Assembly: GCA_019694435.1 (NCBI GenBank)
Contig: JAIBBZ010000001.1
Location: 461,508 to 525,507, forward strand
DNA from: Pirellulales bacterium
GTDB taxonomy: Bacteria; Planctomycetota; Planctomycetia; Pirellulales; JAEUIK01
Direction of reading: 5' to 3'
Length of the DNA: 64,000 bases
The position numbers and the translations under genes were made by a program. Shown here in pieces: positions 21,925 to 31,407 of this stretch (the first letter of the stretch is position 1; each line of letters begins with the position of its first letter). The notes under the pieces were generated by a model. The model worked only from the letters and a program-made list of their open reading frames with translations. It ran no database searches and had not been told where the DNA came from.

Positions 21925-22632
21925 ATGTACCGCACCTTGATCCTGGCCCTGCTCTGCATCGTCAGCAGCGGCAACGTGGCGTCGGCGCAATTGTTCGGGG
22001 CGCGCAGCCTGGGCAATACGTTGCGGCGCCAACCCTCGCCCGGCGCCATGGCCGACGGCACCGTCAACGGCAATGAGCGATTCATTCGCGGTGCGCGCCG
22101 TCGGGACGATTTTGTCGGCGCCGACGTGCTCGAAACACCGAACTTCATCGGCATTCAACAGGGACGCAGCCGCGGGCCCATTCGCTCGGCCATCGGCAAT
22201 CTGCCCGACCGCAGCGATGCCAACGTCAACCGCCCACAGCCGTCCGATGCCGGTGGCCGCGCGCGGCCGTATCCGCCGCGGCTGCGCGTCGATTTTGAAG
22301 TGCCGCCCGTTGCGCCGGCGGCCGCCAGCCGGGCGCTCACTGCGCGGCTGGAGCAAAGCCTGGGTCCACGGGCGACGGGACCGTTGCAGGTGTCGCTGCA
22401 GGGGCGGGTTGCCACCCTGGAGGGTGAGGTCGCATCAGCGCACGATCGGGACGTGGCTGCGCTATGGGTCCTCCTTGCACCCGGAGTTGACCAGGTTCGT
22501 AACTTGCTCTCGGTAAGGCCTGCCGAACCTCTGCCGCCCGCTGGCGACGGTACTCGTCCCAACCCTGAGCCTGATACTGGTTCCAGCGTTCCCGAGGATC
22601 ACTCGGCGCCGGAGTCGGGGGTATCGATCTAG
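21925..22632 (+). CDS. Secreted BON-domain protein
   Basis: Signal peptide MYRTLILALLCIVSSGNVASAQ. The C-terminal BON-like segment is LQVSLQGRVATLEGEVASAHDRDVAALWVLLAPGVDQVRNLL. Confidence 0.7.
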   Translation: MYRTLILALLCIVSSGNVASAQLFGARSLGNTLRRQPSPGAMADGTVNGNERFIRGARRRDDFVGADVLETPNFIGIQQGRSRGPIRSAIGNLPDRSDANVNRPQPSDAGGRARPYPPRLRVDFEVPPVAPAAASRALTARLEQSLGPRATGPLQVSLQGRVATLEGEVASAHDRDVAALWVLLAPGVDQVRNLLSVRPAEPLPPAGDGTRPNPEPDTGSSVPEDHSAPESGVSI

Positions 22633-23473
22633 CCGCCGGCGCGCTCGCCGGCGCAGCGACGGCAGTCGCCGTTGTCTGAGGCACCGCGGCGGGTTGCGCG
22701 AACGGCGCGACGAACGCACCACCTTGCACTGGAAGACTCGCGCCCCCCAGGCGGCTCAACCCCAAGGCGGGCGGCACCTGAATCGTGGTCGTTTGCAAGG
22801 TGGCCGGCATGGCGGCGGCCGGGTTCACCGGCGATTGTGCCGCCGCGAGCTGCACGGCTGGCTGGGGCGCCGACCCGGCGACTTGCGCCTCTTTGGGTGG
22901 CAACCCCGGCAGCACGTGCTCGCTCATCTCCGAGGTGATCGTCGAGCCTTCCTTCGACTCGAACTTGACCATCAGCGAGATGCGTTTTCGCTCGCCGCCG
23001 GCCGCGTCCCAGGGAAGCCAGAAGCTGTACGAGTGGCCCAGCGACGAGCGGCTGTAATGCTTGGGCAATTGTTCCGACGTGAACACGAAACGCCGGTCGG
23101 GTACATGATTCTTCTGCTGGCTGCCGTGCTCTTCGAAGGCATACACCGTCAGCTCGCCGTCGACGCAGACCGGCTTGTCGGCATCGGCCCCATAGAACAA
23201 CAAGCGCCCGCCAAAGCCGCGCGTCGAAGGCTGGCCGGCCTGGGTGAGCACGGTGTCGGTCCAGACGGCCGTGAGCCTGGCCGGCTGCTTCGGTTTGGTC
23301 GTGTTCGAGTCGTCCCAGGGAATGGCCCGGCGCAAGTCGAACTGCGCGCAGCCGCAAAGCCAGGGCGCGAGCAGCAACGCGCCGAGCACGATCGGCCGGA
23401 CCACGACGAATCGCGGTCCGCGCGCAGCAAGTCTCGACATCCGCGGCATTCCAAGCTGTGAGCTGGCGTTCAT
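22337..23473 (-). CDS. Lipoprotein, Ala/Pro-rich C-terminal half, downstream partner of the giant secretin
   Basis: Lipobox LLLAPWLCGC after a basic n-region. ATG 23473 lies 6 nt after the secretin stop, with alternative in-frame ATGs at 23449 and 23440. The last ~296 nt overlap the BON gene on the other strand. Confidence 0.6.
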   Translation of the reverse strand: MNASSQLGMPRMSRLAARGPRFVVVRPIVLGALLLAPWLCGCAQFDLRRAIPWDDSNTTKPKQPARLTAVWTDTVLTQAGQPSTRGFGGRLLFYGADADKPVCVDGELTVYAFEEHGSQQKNHVPDRRFVFTSEQLPKHYSRSSLGHSYSFWLPWDAAGGERKRISLMVKFESKEGSTITSEMSEHVLPGLPPKEAQVAGSAPQPAVQLAAAQSPVNPAAAMPATLQTTTIQVPPALGLSRLGGASLPVQGGAFVAPFAQPAAVPQTTATAVAAPASAPAARSIPPTPAPSDPRERWNQYQAQGWDEYRRQRAAEVRQALPRASYEPGQLRVQGGPIAQPRPDRALMRPHPPGWQPAPAATPATVPSPVDPGFAPAAQ

Positions 23474-23479
23474 CGGAGA

Positions 23480-26400
23480 TCAGCGACTAGGAGCAAGGTA
23501 GGCGGCGCGGCGCACGCCGGGAGCGGCCGGCGGCTGCGCGGTATGTGCATCGGGGGCCACGGCCGTGGCCGACCGCGGCTGCACGATCGGAATTCGTCCC
23601 CCGGGCGCGCCCGGTGCCACGGCCGACGTCGGTGGGACAACCGGCGCAGCGCTGCTCAACGGATCGCCCCGCGGCGCCTGCGCGGGCGGCGCGGTGCCCG
23701 GCGGGATCACCAAGGGTCCGTCGAAGCCATCGGCCGGAGTCGGTACGCCGGGGCTCGGCGGCACGACCTCGTAGGCCGGACCTTCGAGCGTGCCTTCGAC
23801 GGGTTGGCCGTCGGGATAGATCACCGCGCTGCCCGAGTCGAACTCGGCTTGCGTGGCCCGCTGCATGTGGGCCTGGTCGCCGTGTACGGTTTGCACGTCG
23901 GCCAGGCACCAGTTGATGCGCGACTCTTCCGCCTGGCGCAGGGCCTCGGCCTCGGCCTCGTTGCGCACGACGTGCGGCGTAAGGATGATCAACAGCTCGT
24001 TGCGCCGGTTCAGATTGGCGTCGTAGCGGAACAACATCCCCAGCACCGGGATATCGCCCAACAGCGGCACCTTGCGATGGATCTGCGTCGTGGCCTTGAC
24101 GATCAGGCCGCCCAGGATGATCGTCTGGCCGCTGGCGGCGCTGACCGTGGTTTGGGCCGTGGTGGTGTTGATCCGCGGCGAGCGAATCACTTCGCCGGTC
24201 GAGGAGATCGACACCGGAATGCCCTCGGCGTCCGGGCCCAGCTCCGATTTTTCGGCGTCGATCTCCATGACCACCAGGCCGTCGGGGCTGATCCGCGGCG
24301 TGACGCCCAGGATCAGGCCCACGTTTTCCAGCGCGATCGTGTTGACCTGGCTGAACTGGTTGATCGTCGTCCCGGTGATCCGCGGTACCCGCTGGCCCAC
24401 CTGAATGAAGGCCGGCTGGTTGTCGAGCGTCATCACCTGGGGCCGGCTGAGCACGTCGAGGCGGCGGTTTTCCTTGAGCGCCCGAATCAGCATGCTCACG
24501 CTTTCGCTGCTGGCCGACAGCACCAAGCCGCCGTAGCCCAGCTCGTTGTTTTGCCGGCCGACGGAGAAATGCGTCAGCCCCTGTGCCGCGACCTTGTCGC
24601 TCCGGGTCAGGGCCTTGTCGCTGCCACTGTTGCCCAGCGCCTGGTTGTTGAAGTTGAAGCCGGGCGTGTTTGTGGCACCGACGATCTGCTGCGTCGTGGT
24701 CACGACGCCGGTCGCCGGGAAATTCTGCGTCGACGTAATCGTGGTCAGGTCGCCCAACAGGCTGCGGTCGAACAGCAGCGAGTCTTGCAGGCCCAGCTCA
24801 ACGCCGAACTCGTCGGTCTTGTTGAGCTGAACCTCGGCGATCAGCACCTGAATCAACACCTGCGGTCGCTGGGCGTCGAGATCCTCGATGATCCGCAATA
24901 CCTCGTCGTAATACCGCGGCGTGGCGCTCAGAATCAGCGTGTTGCTCACCGGCTCGGGCACCACGACCACTTCCGATTCGATCTGCTCAAAGGGGCTGAA
25001 CGAGCCCGGCGCCGCGATCTGCAACTGGCGCTCGCTGCGCAAGAACTCGTTGATCGCGATGGCCACGTCGATGGCCGGCGCGTTCTTCAAGCGGTAAACC
25101 GTGCTGCGCCGGTTCTCGATCTGACCTTCGTCAAGCCGCAACAGAATCGCCTCGACGATCGTCAGGTCGCCCGCCGAGCCGGTGGCAATGATGCTGTTCG
25201 TGCGGCTGTCGACCGAGAATCGCAAAGGAGCCAGCGACGTCTCGCCTTCGGCCTGCGGCAGGTCGGGGCCCGGTACGGCCGTGGCCTGCGTGCCCAACAG
25301 CGATTGCAGCATGCGCACCAGCGACTCCGCGTCGCCGTTGACCACCTTGAAAACCTTGATCTGCGCCGTCGTGGCGGGCAGCGAGTCGAGCTGTTCGATC
25401 ACAGCCGCCAGCAAATCGAGGCTTGCCGGCGGGGCCGACACGACCAAGGCATTCGTGCGCGGCTCGGCGGTGATTCGCACGTCGGACAGGATGCCCGAAC
25501 GCAGCAGGCGCTCGCCGCGCGGATCGACCGTCAGGAACTCGAGCACCGTCGACTTGGCCCCCGGCGGACCCGCGGCGGCACCGGCGCCGCTGCCCGTGCC
25601 GCTCAGGGCGGCTTGCAACACCGGCGCCAGGTCGCTGGCCAGCGTGTTGCGCAACGGGAAAATCCGCAACTCGTTCACCGCGGCGCTTTCGCCGACGTCG
25701 AGCCGCGTGACGATCGCCTCGACCTCGGCCAGGTCGCGCGGCGCGGCGTGCACAATCAGCGTGTTGGTGCGGGCATCGGCCGTCACCAGCACGCTGCCGC
25801 CGACCCCGGTCCGATTGGCAAAGAACTGCTGAATCGTCTCGCGCACCGTCGTGGCGATGGCATGCTTCAGGGCGAAGATCCGCATCACGGCCTGCGGGTC
25901 GACCGGCTGATCGAGCTTGGCCACGATGTCGCGCACGACCTGCAACGCCTCGCCGCGGCCGATCAGCAAGATCGCATTGGGCTTGAGCAGCGCGGTCGCG
26001 CTGACCTGCCCTTGCCGGCTCGTGATCAGCGTGGGCAGCAATTGCGTCAACAGCTTGCCGACCTGTTCGCTGGGAGCGTGCTCGAGCACGACGACTTCGA
26101 CCTGCGGCTGTTCCAAGGCGCTCAGCCGTTCGATCTCGTCGATGATCCGCAGAATCTCGTTCACCTCGCGCTGATCGCCGCGCAGAATGATCACGTCCAG
26201 ATCGGGCAGTACCTCGACCTCGACGTCGCCCGAAAAATCGCGCGCCGCGTCGGCGGCCGGTTCGTGTGGCTGTTCCTCGTTGGGCACTTGCTGCAGCAGC
26301 ATGTGCGCAAACCGGAAGGGTCCGCGCCCCACGGGGCGACCGTTCCAGGCGGCCGGCTGCACGGCGCCCTTGCCCGGGGCCGGCCAGGTGGCGCCGTCTC

Positions 26401-27151
26401 GCGCGCCGGGCGCATCGGCCTGGGCATCGCCGCGATAGGCATCGACCGCGCGGCGGACCTTACCCAGGTCGGCCTTGTCGAGCGGGTAGAGCCGCACCGA
26501 TTCGCCCGGTTCCTCGGGCGGACTGTCGAGCACTTCGATCAGCCGCACCACCTGGCTCAACATCGGCTCGGGACCCACGACGGCGACCTGGTCGTGCGCC
26601 GCATTCAGCGCGATGCCGACCTGCACGCCGCCGCGCGTGGTGACCCAATAGCCAGGCAGGCCAATCAGCACGGCGTCTGCCGGCGCGAGCTTGCGCGCCA
26701 GCATCTGCTGCAGCCGCGTGTCGATCTGTGGCACGCTGGCATAGCGCAGTTGTACGAATCGCGGGGCGCCGCCGGCGACCGGCTGCGCGACGCGCGCCTC
26801 AGTGCGCGGCGCGGCGGCCATCGCAGCACGGCCCGAGCCTACCGCCGGCCGGTCGAGCTGCACCAAGAGCTGCCGCGTGATCTCGTGGACCTCCGGCGGA
26901 CCGGAGACGAGCAGTTGATTGTGTTCGGCATCGACGACGAGTTGCGCGATGGCGCCCAGGCCGGGCAGCAGCGGCGCCAGCAACGGCTTGACGTCTTCCG
27001 CCCGCGCCGAACGCAGCGGATAGGACTGAAAGCCGACGGGGGCTTGCGCAGCCGCTGTCGCGGAGGCCAACCCCAGCGCAAAGCAGCACGCCCACCAGAA
27101 GTGGCGCGCCGGCAACCGATTTGACCGGACTCGAACCTGATCCACGGGCAC
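23480..27151 (-). CDS. Giant secretin (GspD/PilQ superfamily) with about eight N-modules and a Pro-rich C-terminal extension
   Basis: Signal peptide ARHFWWACCFALGLASATAAAQA. Repeated secretin-N-like modules end in xxLD (LLVQLD, LIEVLD, IVAKLD, IVTRLD, VIEQLD, ILLRLD, IIEDLD). The secretin domain has SRPQVMTLDNQPAFIQVGQRVP, VPLLGDIPVLGMLFRY and ELLIILTPHVV. Confidence 0.9.
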   Translation of the reverse strand: MPVDQVRVRSNRLPARHFWWACCFALGLASATAAAQAPVGFQSYPLRSARAEDVKPLLAPLLPGLGAIAQLVVDAEHNQLLVSGPPEVHEITRQLLVQLDRPAVGSGRAAMAAAPRTEARVAQPVAGGAPRFVQLRYASVPQIDTRLQQMLARKLAPADAVLIGLPGYWVTTRGGVQVGIALNAAHDQVAVVGPEPMLSQVVRLIEVLDSPPEEPGESVRLYPLDKADLGKVRRAVDAYRGDAQADAPGARDGATWPAPGKGAVQPAAWNGRPVGRGPFRFAHMLLQQVPNEEQPHEPAADAARDFSGDVEVEVLPDLDVIILRGDQREVNEILRIIDEIERLSALEQPQVEVVVLEHAPSEQVGKLLTQLLPTLITSRQGQVSATALLKPNAILLIGRGEALQVVRDIVAKLDQPVDPQAVMRIFALKHAIATTVRETIQQFFANRTGVGGSVLVTADARTNTLIVHAAPRDLAEVEAIVTRLDVGESAAVNELRIFPLRNTLASDLAPVLQAALSGTGSGAGAAAGPPGAKSTVLEFLTVDPRGERLLRSGILSDVRITAEPRTNALVVSAPPASLDLLAAVIEQLDSLPATTAQIKVFKVVNGDAESLVRMLQSLLGTQATAVPGPDLPQAEGETSLAPLRFSVDSRTNSIIATGSAGDLTIVEAILLRLDEGQIENRRSTVYRLKNAPAIDVAIAINEFLRSERQLQIAAPGSFSPFEQIESEVVVVPEPVSNTLILSATPRYYDEVLRIIEDLDAQRPQVLIQVLIAEVQLNKTDEFGVELGLQDSLLFDRSLLGDLTTITSTQNFPATGVVTTTQQIVGATNTPGFNFNNQALGNSGSDKALTRSDKVAAQGLTHFSVGRQNNELGYGGLVLSASSESVSMLIRALKENRRLDVLSRPQVMTLDNQPAFIQVGQRVPRITGTTINQFSQVNTIALENVGLILGVTPRISPDGLVVMEIDAEKSELGPDAEGIPVSISSTGEVIRSPRINTTTAQTTVSAASGQTIILGGLIVKATTQIHRKVPLLGDIPVLGMLFRYDANLNRRNELLIILTPHVVRNEAEAEALRQAEESRINWCLADVQTVHGDQAHMQRATQAEFDSGSAVIYPDGQPVEGTLEGPAYEVVPPSPGVPTPADGFDGPLVIPPGTAPPAQAPRGDPLSSAAPVVPPTSAVAPGAPGGRIPIVQPRSATAVAPDAHTAQPPAAPGVRRAAYLAPSR

Positions 27152-27434
27152 TCGCCGAACTGCGGGTTCCCCCCCTGCAGCAGCGACGCAAGCAGCGCGC
27201 GCACCCTTTTAGGGCGCATGGACTGCGTGGCCCCTTTAATCGGCAAAGTCGGCGACCATCTCCAGTCATTCCCGGCGTGGTGGTGGTATTCCCCCCCAAA
27301 AAAGTGCGACACGCTTGCCGCCAGCCAGCAGACTGCAACCTAAATTTGGCGGAGTTCCGCCTTGCCAGCGTAACGAGCAAGCCCGGCGGTGATCGAGATT
27401 TGCACCCTGATTTGACTACGTCCTGGCTTAGCCC

Positions 27435-29732
27435 ATGCGACTGCAAACCAAGATTCTGACCGTCACCGGACTGGGTGTCGCGGCCCTGTTTGTGCTGCTG
27501 TTCGCCGTGTCGGGCGTGATCCTTTGGTATGGCCTGCACCAGGTTGAATATCGGGGCATGCAGGACGACGCCCGGCGCGTTCGCGATCAGGTCGTCGAGA
27601 CGTCCAACTGTCTGCGGGCCAAGGCCGGCGAATGGGGCATCTCGGACGAGACCTATCGCTTCGTCCTCGACGGCAATCTGGCTTTCGTCATCGCCAACTG
27701 CTCGGATGAGCAGCTCCGCACGCTGCGGGTCGATTACCTGGCCGTGCTCCGCAACGACGGCCAGGTGACCTTTCAAGGCTCGGTCGACCGCCACACGGGC
27801 GAAAGCCGCATCGTGCCGCACGACCTCGCCTCGCGAAATTGGAAAGCCGATCGACTGTTGATCCGCCCGGACGATAAGCAGCCGCGGGCAGGGGTGCTCA
27901 TGCTCGACAAGGGCCCCCTGCTGGTCGCCTCGCATGCCGTGCTGCCCAGCACGGGCAACGGCGAGGTGCGCGGCACCGTGGTGATGGGCATCTGGCTCGA
28001 CCAGTTACTGATCGAGCGGATTGCCGAGATCGAACGGGTCGGCTTTCGCGTGGTGCGCGTCGACCGGCGGGTGCCTGGTTCGCCGCTCGATCAGCTTTGC
28101 GGCCGACTCGACGAGGTCTCGGAGCCGCTCGTGCGGCTAGCCGATTCGCACAAGGCGCGGGTCGATTTCTTGCTGCGAGACCTGCAAGGGAGTCCCGCGC
28201 TCATCGGCGAGCTCGAGCTACCTCGCCCGATTGCTGCCCAGGCCCGGTCCAGCCTGCGTGCGCTGCTGATCTGCCTCGGCGCCGCCAGCCTGGTGTTTGG
28301 TGCACTACTCTGGCAGTCGCTCGACGGCCTGGTGCTGTCGCGATTGTTTCGACTGTCCCGCGAACTGAAAGAAGTTGGCGCGCAGCGGAATTCCATCCAG
28401 CCCATCGAAGTCGGTGGCAACGATGAACTGTCCGAACTGGCCCTGGCTGCCAACGAAATGCTCCTCGGCCTAGAACGTAGTGAGCGCGACCTGCGGGCGG
28501 CAACCGACGCCGCCTGCCAGGCCAACCGCGCGAAGCGCGATTTCCTGGCCAACATGAGCCATGAAATCCGCACGCCGATGACGGCCATCCTGGGATTTGT
28601 CGACCTGTTGCTCGACGACCCCGACGTCTACCTCCACGAAGGGCGGCGCCATGAAGTCGGCGCCACGATTCGCCGGAATGGCGAATACCTGTTGTCCTTG
28701 ATCAACGACGTGCTCGATTTGTCGAAGATCGAGGCCGGCCAGATGATCGTCGAACGGATCGCCTGCCAGCCCGTGACCATTGCCCGAGACGTCGTGAGCA
28801 CGATGGAAGTGCGCAGTAAGGAGCGGCAGATCAAATTGCGGCTCGCACTCGAAGGCCCGGTGCCCGAGACGATCCAGGCCGACCCGACGCGGCTACGGCA
28901 GATCCTCATCAACCTGGTCGGCAACGCGATCAAATTCACTCCCGCCGGCGAGGTGGCCGTCGTGTTGACCTGCGCCGATCGGGAAAGCGCGAACCCGCAA
29001 CTGGTGATCCACGTCCGCGACACGGGCATCGGCATGAACCGCGAGCAGATCGCGAAGCTGTTCAAGCCGTTTACCCAGGCCGACACTTCGACGACGCGGC
29101 GCTACGGCGGTACGGGCCTGGGCCTGTCGATCAGCCGCAGCTATGCCCGCCTGATGGGCGGCGACATCTCGGTCACCAGTTGGCCCGGCGAAGGCAGCAC
29201 GTTCACGGTGACGATCCCGACGGGGCCGCTCACCGGCGAGCCCTGGCTCGAGCAGCTACCGGCGATCGACCGCTCGCGAGCCCTTGCCGCCGCGCCGGCC
29301 AAACCCGGCCAACTCGATGGAGTAAGGCTGCTGCTGGCCGAAGATGGGCCCGACAACCAACGGCTGATTTCCCACGTCCTGCGCCGGGCCGGCGCCGATG
29401 TGACGATCGTCGACAACGGCCAGGCCGCCGTAGATGCGGCGTTGGCCGCCTGGCAATCCGGCCACTGCTTCGACCTGGTGCTGACCGACATGCAAATGCC
29501 GCTGCTCAGCGGCTACGAAGTCGCCGAGCAATTGCGCCAGCGGCAATTCCCGGCGCCGATCATCGCCTTGACGGCGCACGCGATGGCAGGCGATCGCGAA
29601 AAATGCCTCGAGGCCGGCTGCGACGACTACACAACCAAACCGATCGATCGCGCGCGGCTGATCGCCGTGATCACCCTCCAGCTCGAACGCAACGCCGGCC
29701 GCTCGGAACACGCCGAGCCCGCCGAGCTGTAA
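27435..29732 (+). CDS. Hybrid sensor histidine kinase/response regulator (CHASE4-like sensor, HAMP, HisKA, HATPase_c, REC)
   Basis: N-terminal TM followed by an extracytoplasmic region. The H-box is [16 protein letters not shown]. The ATPase has the N-box [11 protein letters not shown] and G-boxes DTGIGM and GGTGLGLSI. The receiver has [11 protein letters not shown] and [10 protein letters not shown]. Confidence 0.9.
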   Translation: MRLQTKILTVTGLGVAALFVLLFAVSGVILWYGLHQVEYRGMQDDARRVRDQVVETSNCLRAKAGEWGISDETYRFVLDGNLAFVIANCSDEQLRTLRVDYLAVLRNDGQVTFQGSVDRHTGESRIVPHDLASRNWKADRLLIRPDDKQPRAGVLMLDKGPLLVASHAVLPSTGNGEVRGTVVMGIWLDQLLIERIAEIERVGFRVVRVDRRVPGSPLDQLCGRLDEVSEPLVRLADSHKARVDFLLRDLQGSPALIGELELPRPIAAQARSSLRALLICLGAASLVFGALLWQSLDGLVLSRLFRLSRELKEVGAQRNSIQPIEVGGNDELSELALAANEMLLGLERSERDLRAATDAACQANRAKRDFLANMSHEIRTPMTAILGFVDLLLDDPDVYLHEGRRHEVGATIRRNGEYLLSLINDVLDLSKIEAGQMIVERIACQPVTIARDVVSTMEVRSKERQIKLRLALEGPVPETIQADPTRLRQILINLVGNAIKFTPAGEVAVVLTCADRESANPQLVIHVRDTGIGMNREQIAKLFKPFTQADTSTTRRYGGTGLGLSISRSYARLMGGDISVTSWPGEGSTFTVTIPTGPLTGEPWLEQLPAIDRSRALAAAPAKPGQLDGVRLLLAEDGPDNQRLISHVLRRAGADVTIVDNGQAAVDAALAAWQSGHCFDLVLTDMQMPLLSGYEVAEQLRQRQFPAPIIALTAHAMAGDREKCLEAGCDDYTTKPIDRARLIAVITLQLERNAGRSEHAEPAEL

Positions 29733-29742
29733 TCGACGCGGT

Positions 29743-29760
29743 GCGCGTTCCCCAACGCGC
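29743..29760. terminator. GC hairpin in the convergent gap between the histidine kinase and the hemerythrin-like gene
   Basis: GCGCGTT (29743-29749), loop CCCC, AACGCGC (29754-29760). No T-tract follows on either strand. Confidence 0.25.
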
Positions 29761-29804
29761 CCGTGGGCCGTGGCCTGCCGAGGGCCAGTCGGCCCCCTCG
29801 AGGT

Positions 29805-30260
29805 CTAATCAGCACTGCCGACGTCGCGCAAGAACGCCTCTTGCATGATGTCCGTCTCGTGCTGGCTGTGCTCGTCGATGCGCTGCAGGAGTTGCCCCAG
29901 CGAATCGCAAACCTCGGCCAAGGGTTGCTGATCGCCCGGCTTCATGTTTTCCAGCCGGTGGACGATCTCGCGCAAAGTCACCCGGAACTCGTCGTGTTCC
30001 GCGCGCAGCTTGTCGATTTGCGTGGCAAATTGCGGTGCCGAGCTGAGGGCGATCCGCATATAGCCGTCTTGCTCCTCGATGGCCATCAGCCGCGACAGAT
30101 GGCGCTCGAGCGACTGCGCGACAAACCCCAGGCTGGACAGCTTGCGCGTGCCGTGTGGACCCCGCGGCTCCCAATCGATGATGGCGCGCAAGGTACCGGT
30201 GATGCTGTTGAGCATCGAATACTCGATCATGGCCTGTCGAGCGATGTCCTGGCGATCCAT
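29805..30260 (-). CDS. Hypothetical helical protein, possibly a hemerythrin-like metal-binding domain
   Basis: 151-aa ORF with His/Glu-rich helices (LERHLSRLMAIEEQ, RAEHDEF, IDEHSQHETDIMQE). The coding call is reasonable. The family call is tentative. Confidence 0.55.
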   Translation of the reverse strand: MDRQDIARQAMIEYSMLNSITGTLRAIIDWEPRGPHGTRKLSSLGFVAQSLERHLSRLMAIEEQDGYMRIALSSAPQFATQIDKLRAEHDEFRVTLREIVHRLENMKPGDQQPLAEVCDSLGQLLQRIDEHSQHETDIMQEAFLRDVGSAD

Positions 30261-30417
30261 GGCTGCTCTCCGTTCGTGAAGGGCCGATGTTTACCGAGCC
30301 TGGCCCGCGGCGAGCCGTGCGGAAGTGCGTCGCGTAAGCGCATTCTCACCCTCTCCCCCGCACGGGGTCAACCCGCCGCATTCCGTCGCAGGGCGGCGGC
30401 CGGCGGACGATGCAGAC

Positions 30418-30945
30418 TCACGCCGGACGCAGCAGAAAATAGAGCCCCGCGTATGCCATCGTCGCGACCAGCCGGCCGGCGCGGGAATGCTCGTCGAGCC
30501 AGCGGTGGCAATCGGCCAAGGGAATCGCGTGGAGCGTGATTTGCTCGTGTGCATCGCCGCCACCGGCACCGAGCCGGCGCAGGCCTTCCGCGCGATAGTA
30601 CGAGATGATCTCGTTGGTCAATCCGGATGAACTCGGCGCGTCGGCCAGGTGCGTCATGCGCTCGGCCGCGTAGCCCGTCTCTTCCAGCAGCTCGCGCCGC
30701 GCGGCAGCCTCGAGTGATTCGTGCGTCGTGTCGTCGCTGTCGCCGGCCAGACCCGCGGGCAGTTCGATTGAGGTGCAGCCAATCGCCGGGCGAAATTGTT
30801 CGACGAACAGCACCTCGCCGTCCGCGGTGCGCGGCACGATGACCACCACGCCACTGGTGCGCCGGCGCTCGACAAACTCCCAGCGCCCGGTGCGTACCAG
30901 TCGCAACCAGTTGCCCTCGCCCAGCGTTTCACGCGGTTCAGACAT
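30418..30945 (-). CDS. NUDIX hydrolase (ADP-ribose pyrophosphatase-like)
   Basis: Nudix box is GLAGDSDDTTHESLEAAARRELLEETGY (Gx5Ex7REUxEExGU). Start taken at ATG 30945 (MSEPRETLGEG). Confidence 0.85.
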   Translation of the reverse strand: MSEPRETLGEGNWLRLVRTGRWEFVERRRTSGVVVIVPRTADGEVLFVEQFRPAIGCTSIELPAGLAGDSDDTTHESLEAAARRELLEETGYAAERMTHLADAPSSSGLTNEIISYYRAEGLRRLGAGGGDAHEQITLHAIPLADCHRWLDEHSRAGRLVATMAYAGLYFLLRPA

Positions 30946-31407
30946 CGCCCTGCTCCCAGAAACTCGCCTGGCTCCAAGAAACTCACGTTCGGAGTACAAG
31001 ATTTTTCACGCGGGGGGGTCCGAAGCGCGCCCTGCTAACTCAAAAAACCACAACTGCTTGCGCGATTGGTCTGGCCATTTTCCCGATATTTACCGCGTTT
31101 CGAGGCCCTCCAGCCGTTGCAATGAAGCCTCGAGCCAGTATCGTCGTTCTACATATGCCACCTCGCCCGAGGTTGTTTGCGGCATGCGGTTGGTATCCGG
31201 GCGAGCGTGAATGCCGCGAGTTCTTGAAACAACCTGCTGCTGCCGATTCCGAGTTGCCTTGAGCACGAGGAGTCGGTGCTGAGTCCCCGCTCGGCGCGAT
31301 CTGGGTTCCCGCACGGTGCGACCTGGTTCGTTCGGGCGCCCTAGCGGCCGCGCACCCAAGCGCGCCCCGTGCCGAGCCTTAAACCAGCCAGGCGGAGAAG
31401 ATCGACT

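Noticed and set aside
23543-27124. 1193-aa plus-strand ORF antisense to the secretin gene. Similar long antisense ORFs are 4858..7305 (-), 9805..12426 (-), 34713..37775 (+), 43053..43889 (+), 44124..45584 (+), 46988..48589 (+), 55664..57874 (+) and 62061..63845 (-).
   Set aside because: All are Arg/Gly/His/Gln-rich with no recognisable motifs. Each lies opposite a gene with unambiguous family signatures (secretin, acylase, MutS, Lhr, GyrB, DnaA, HEAT protein, CarB). These are high-GC antisense artefacts.
27127-27137. GGACTCGAACC, which resembles the reverse complement of a tRNA T-arm
   Set aside because: The flanking sequence cannot form a 5-bp T-stem or an acceptor stem. The site also lies inside the N-terminal coding region of the secretin gene. 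I found no other tRNA-like cloverleaf candidates in the larger intergenic gaps.
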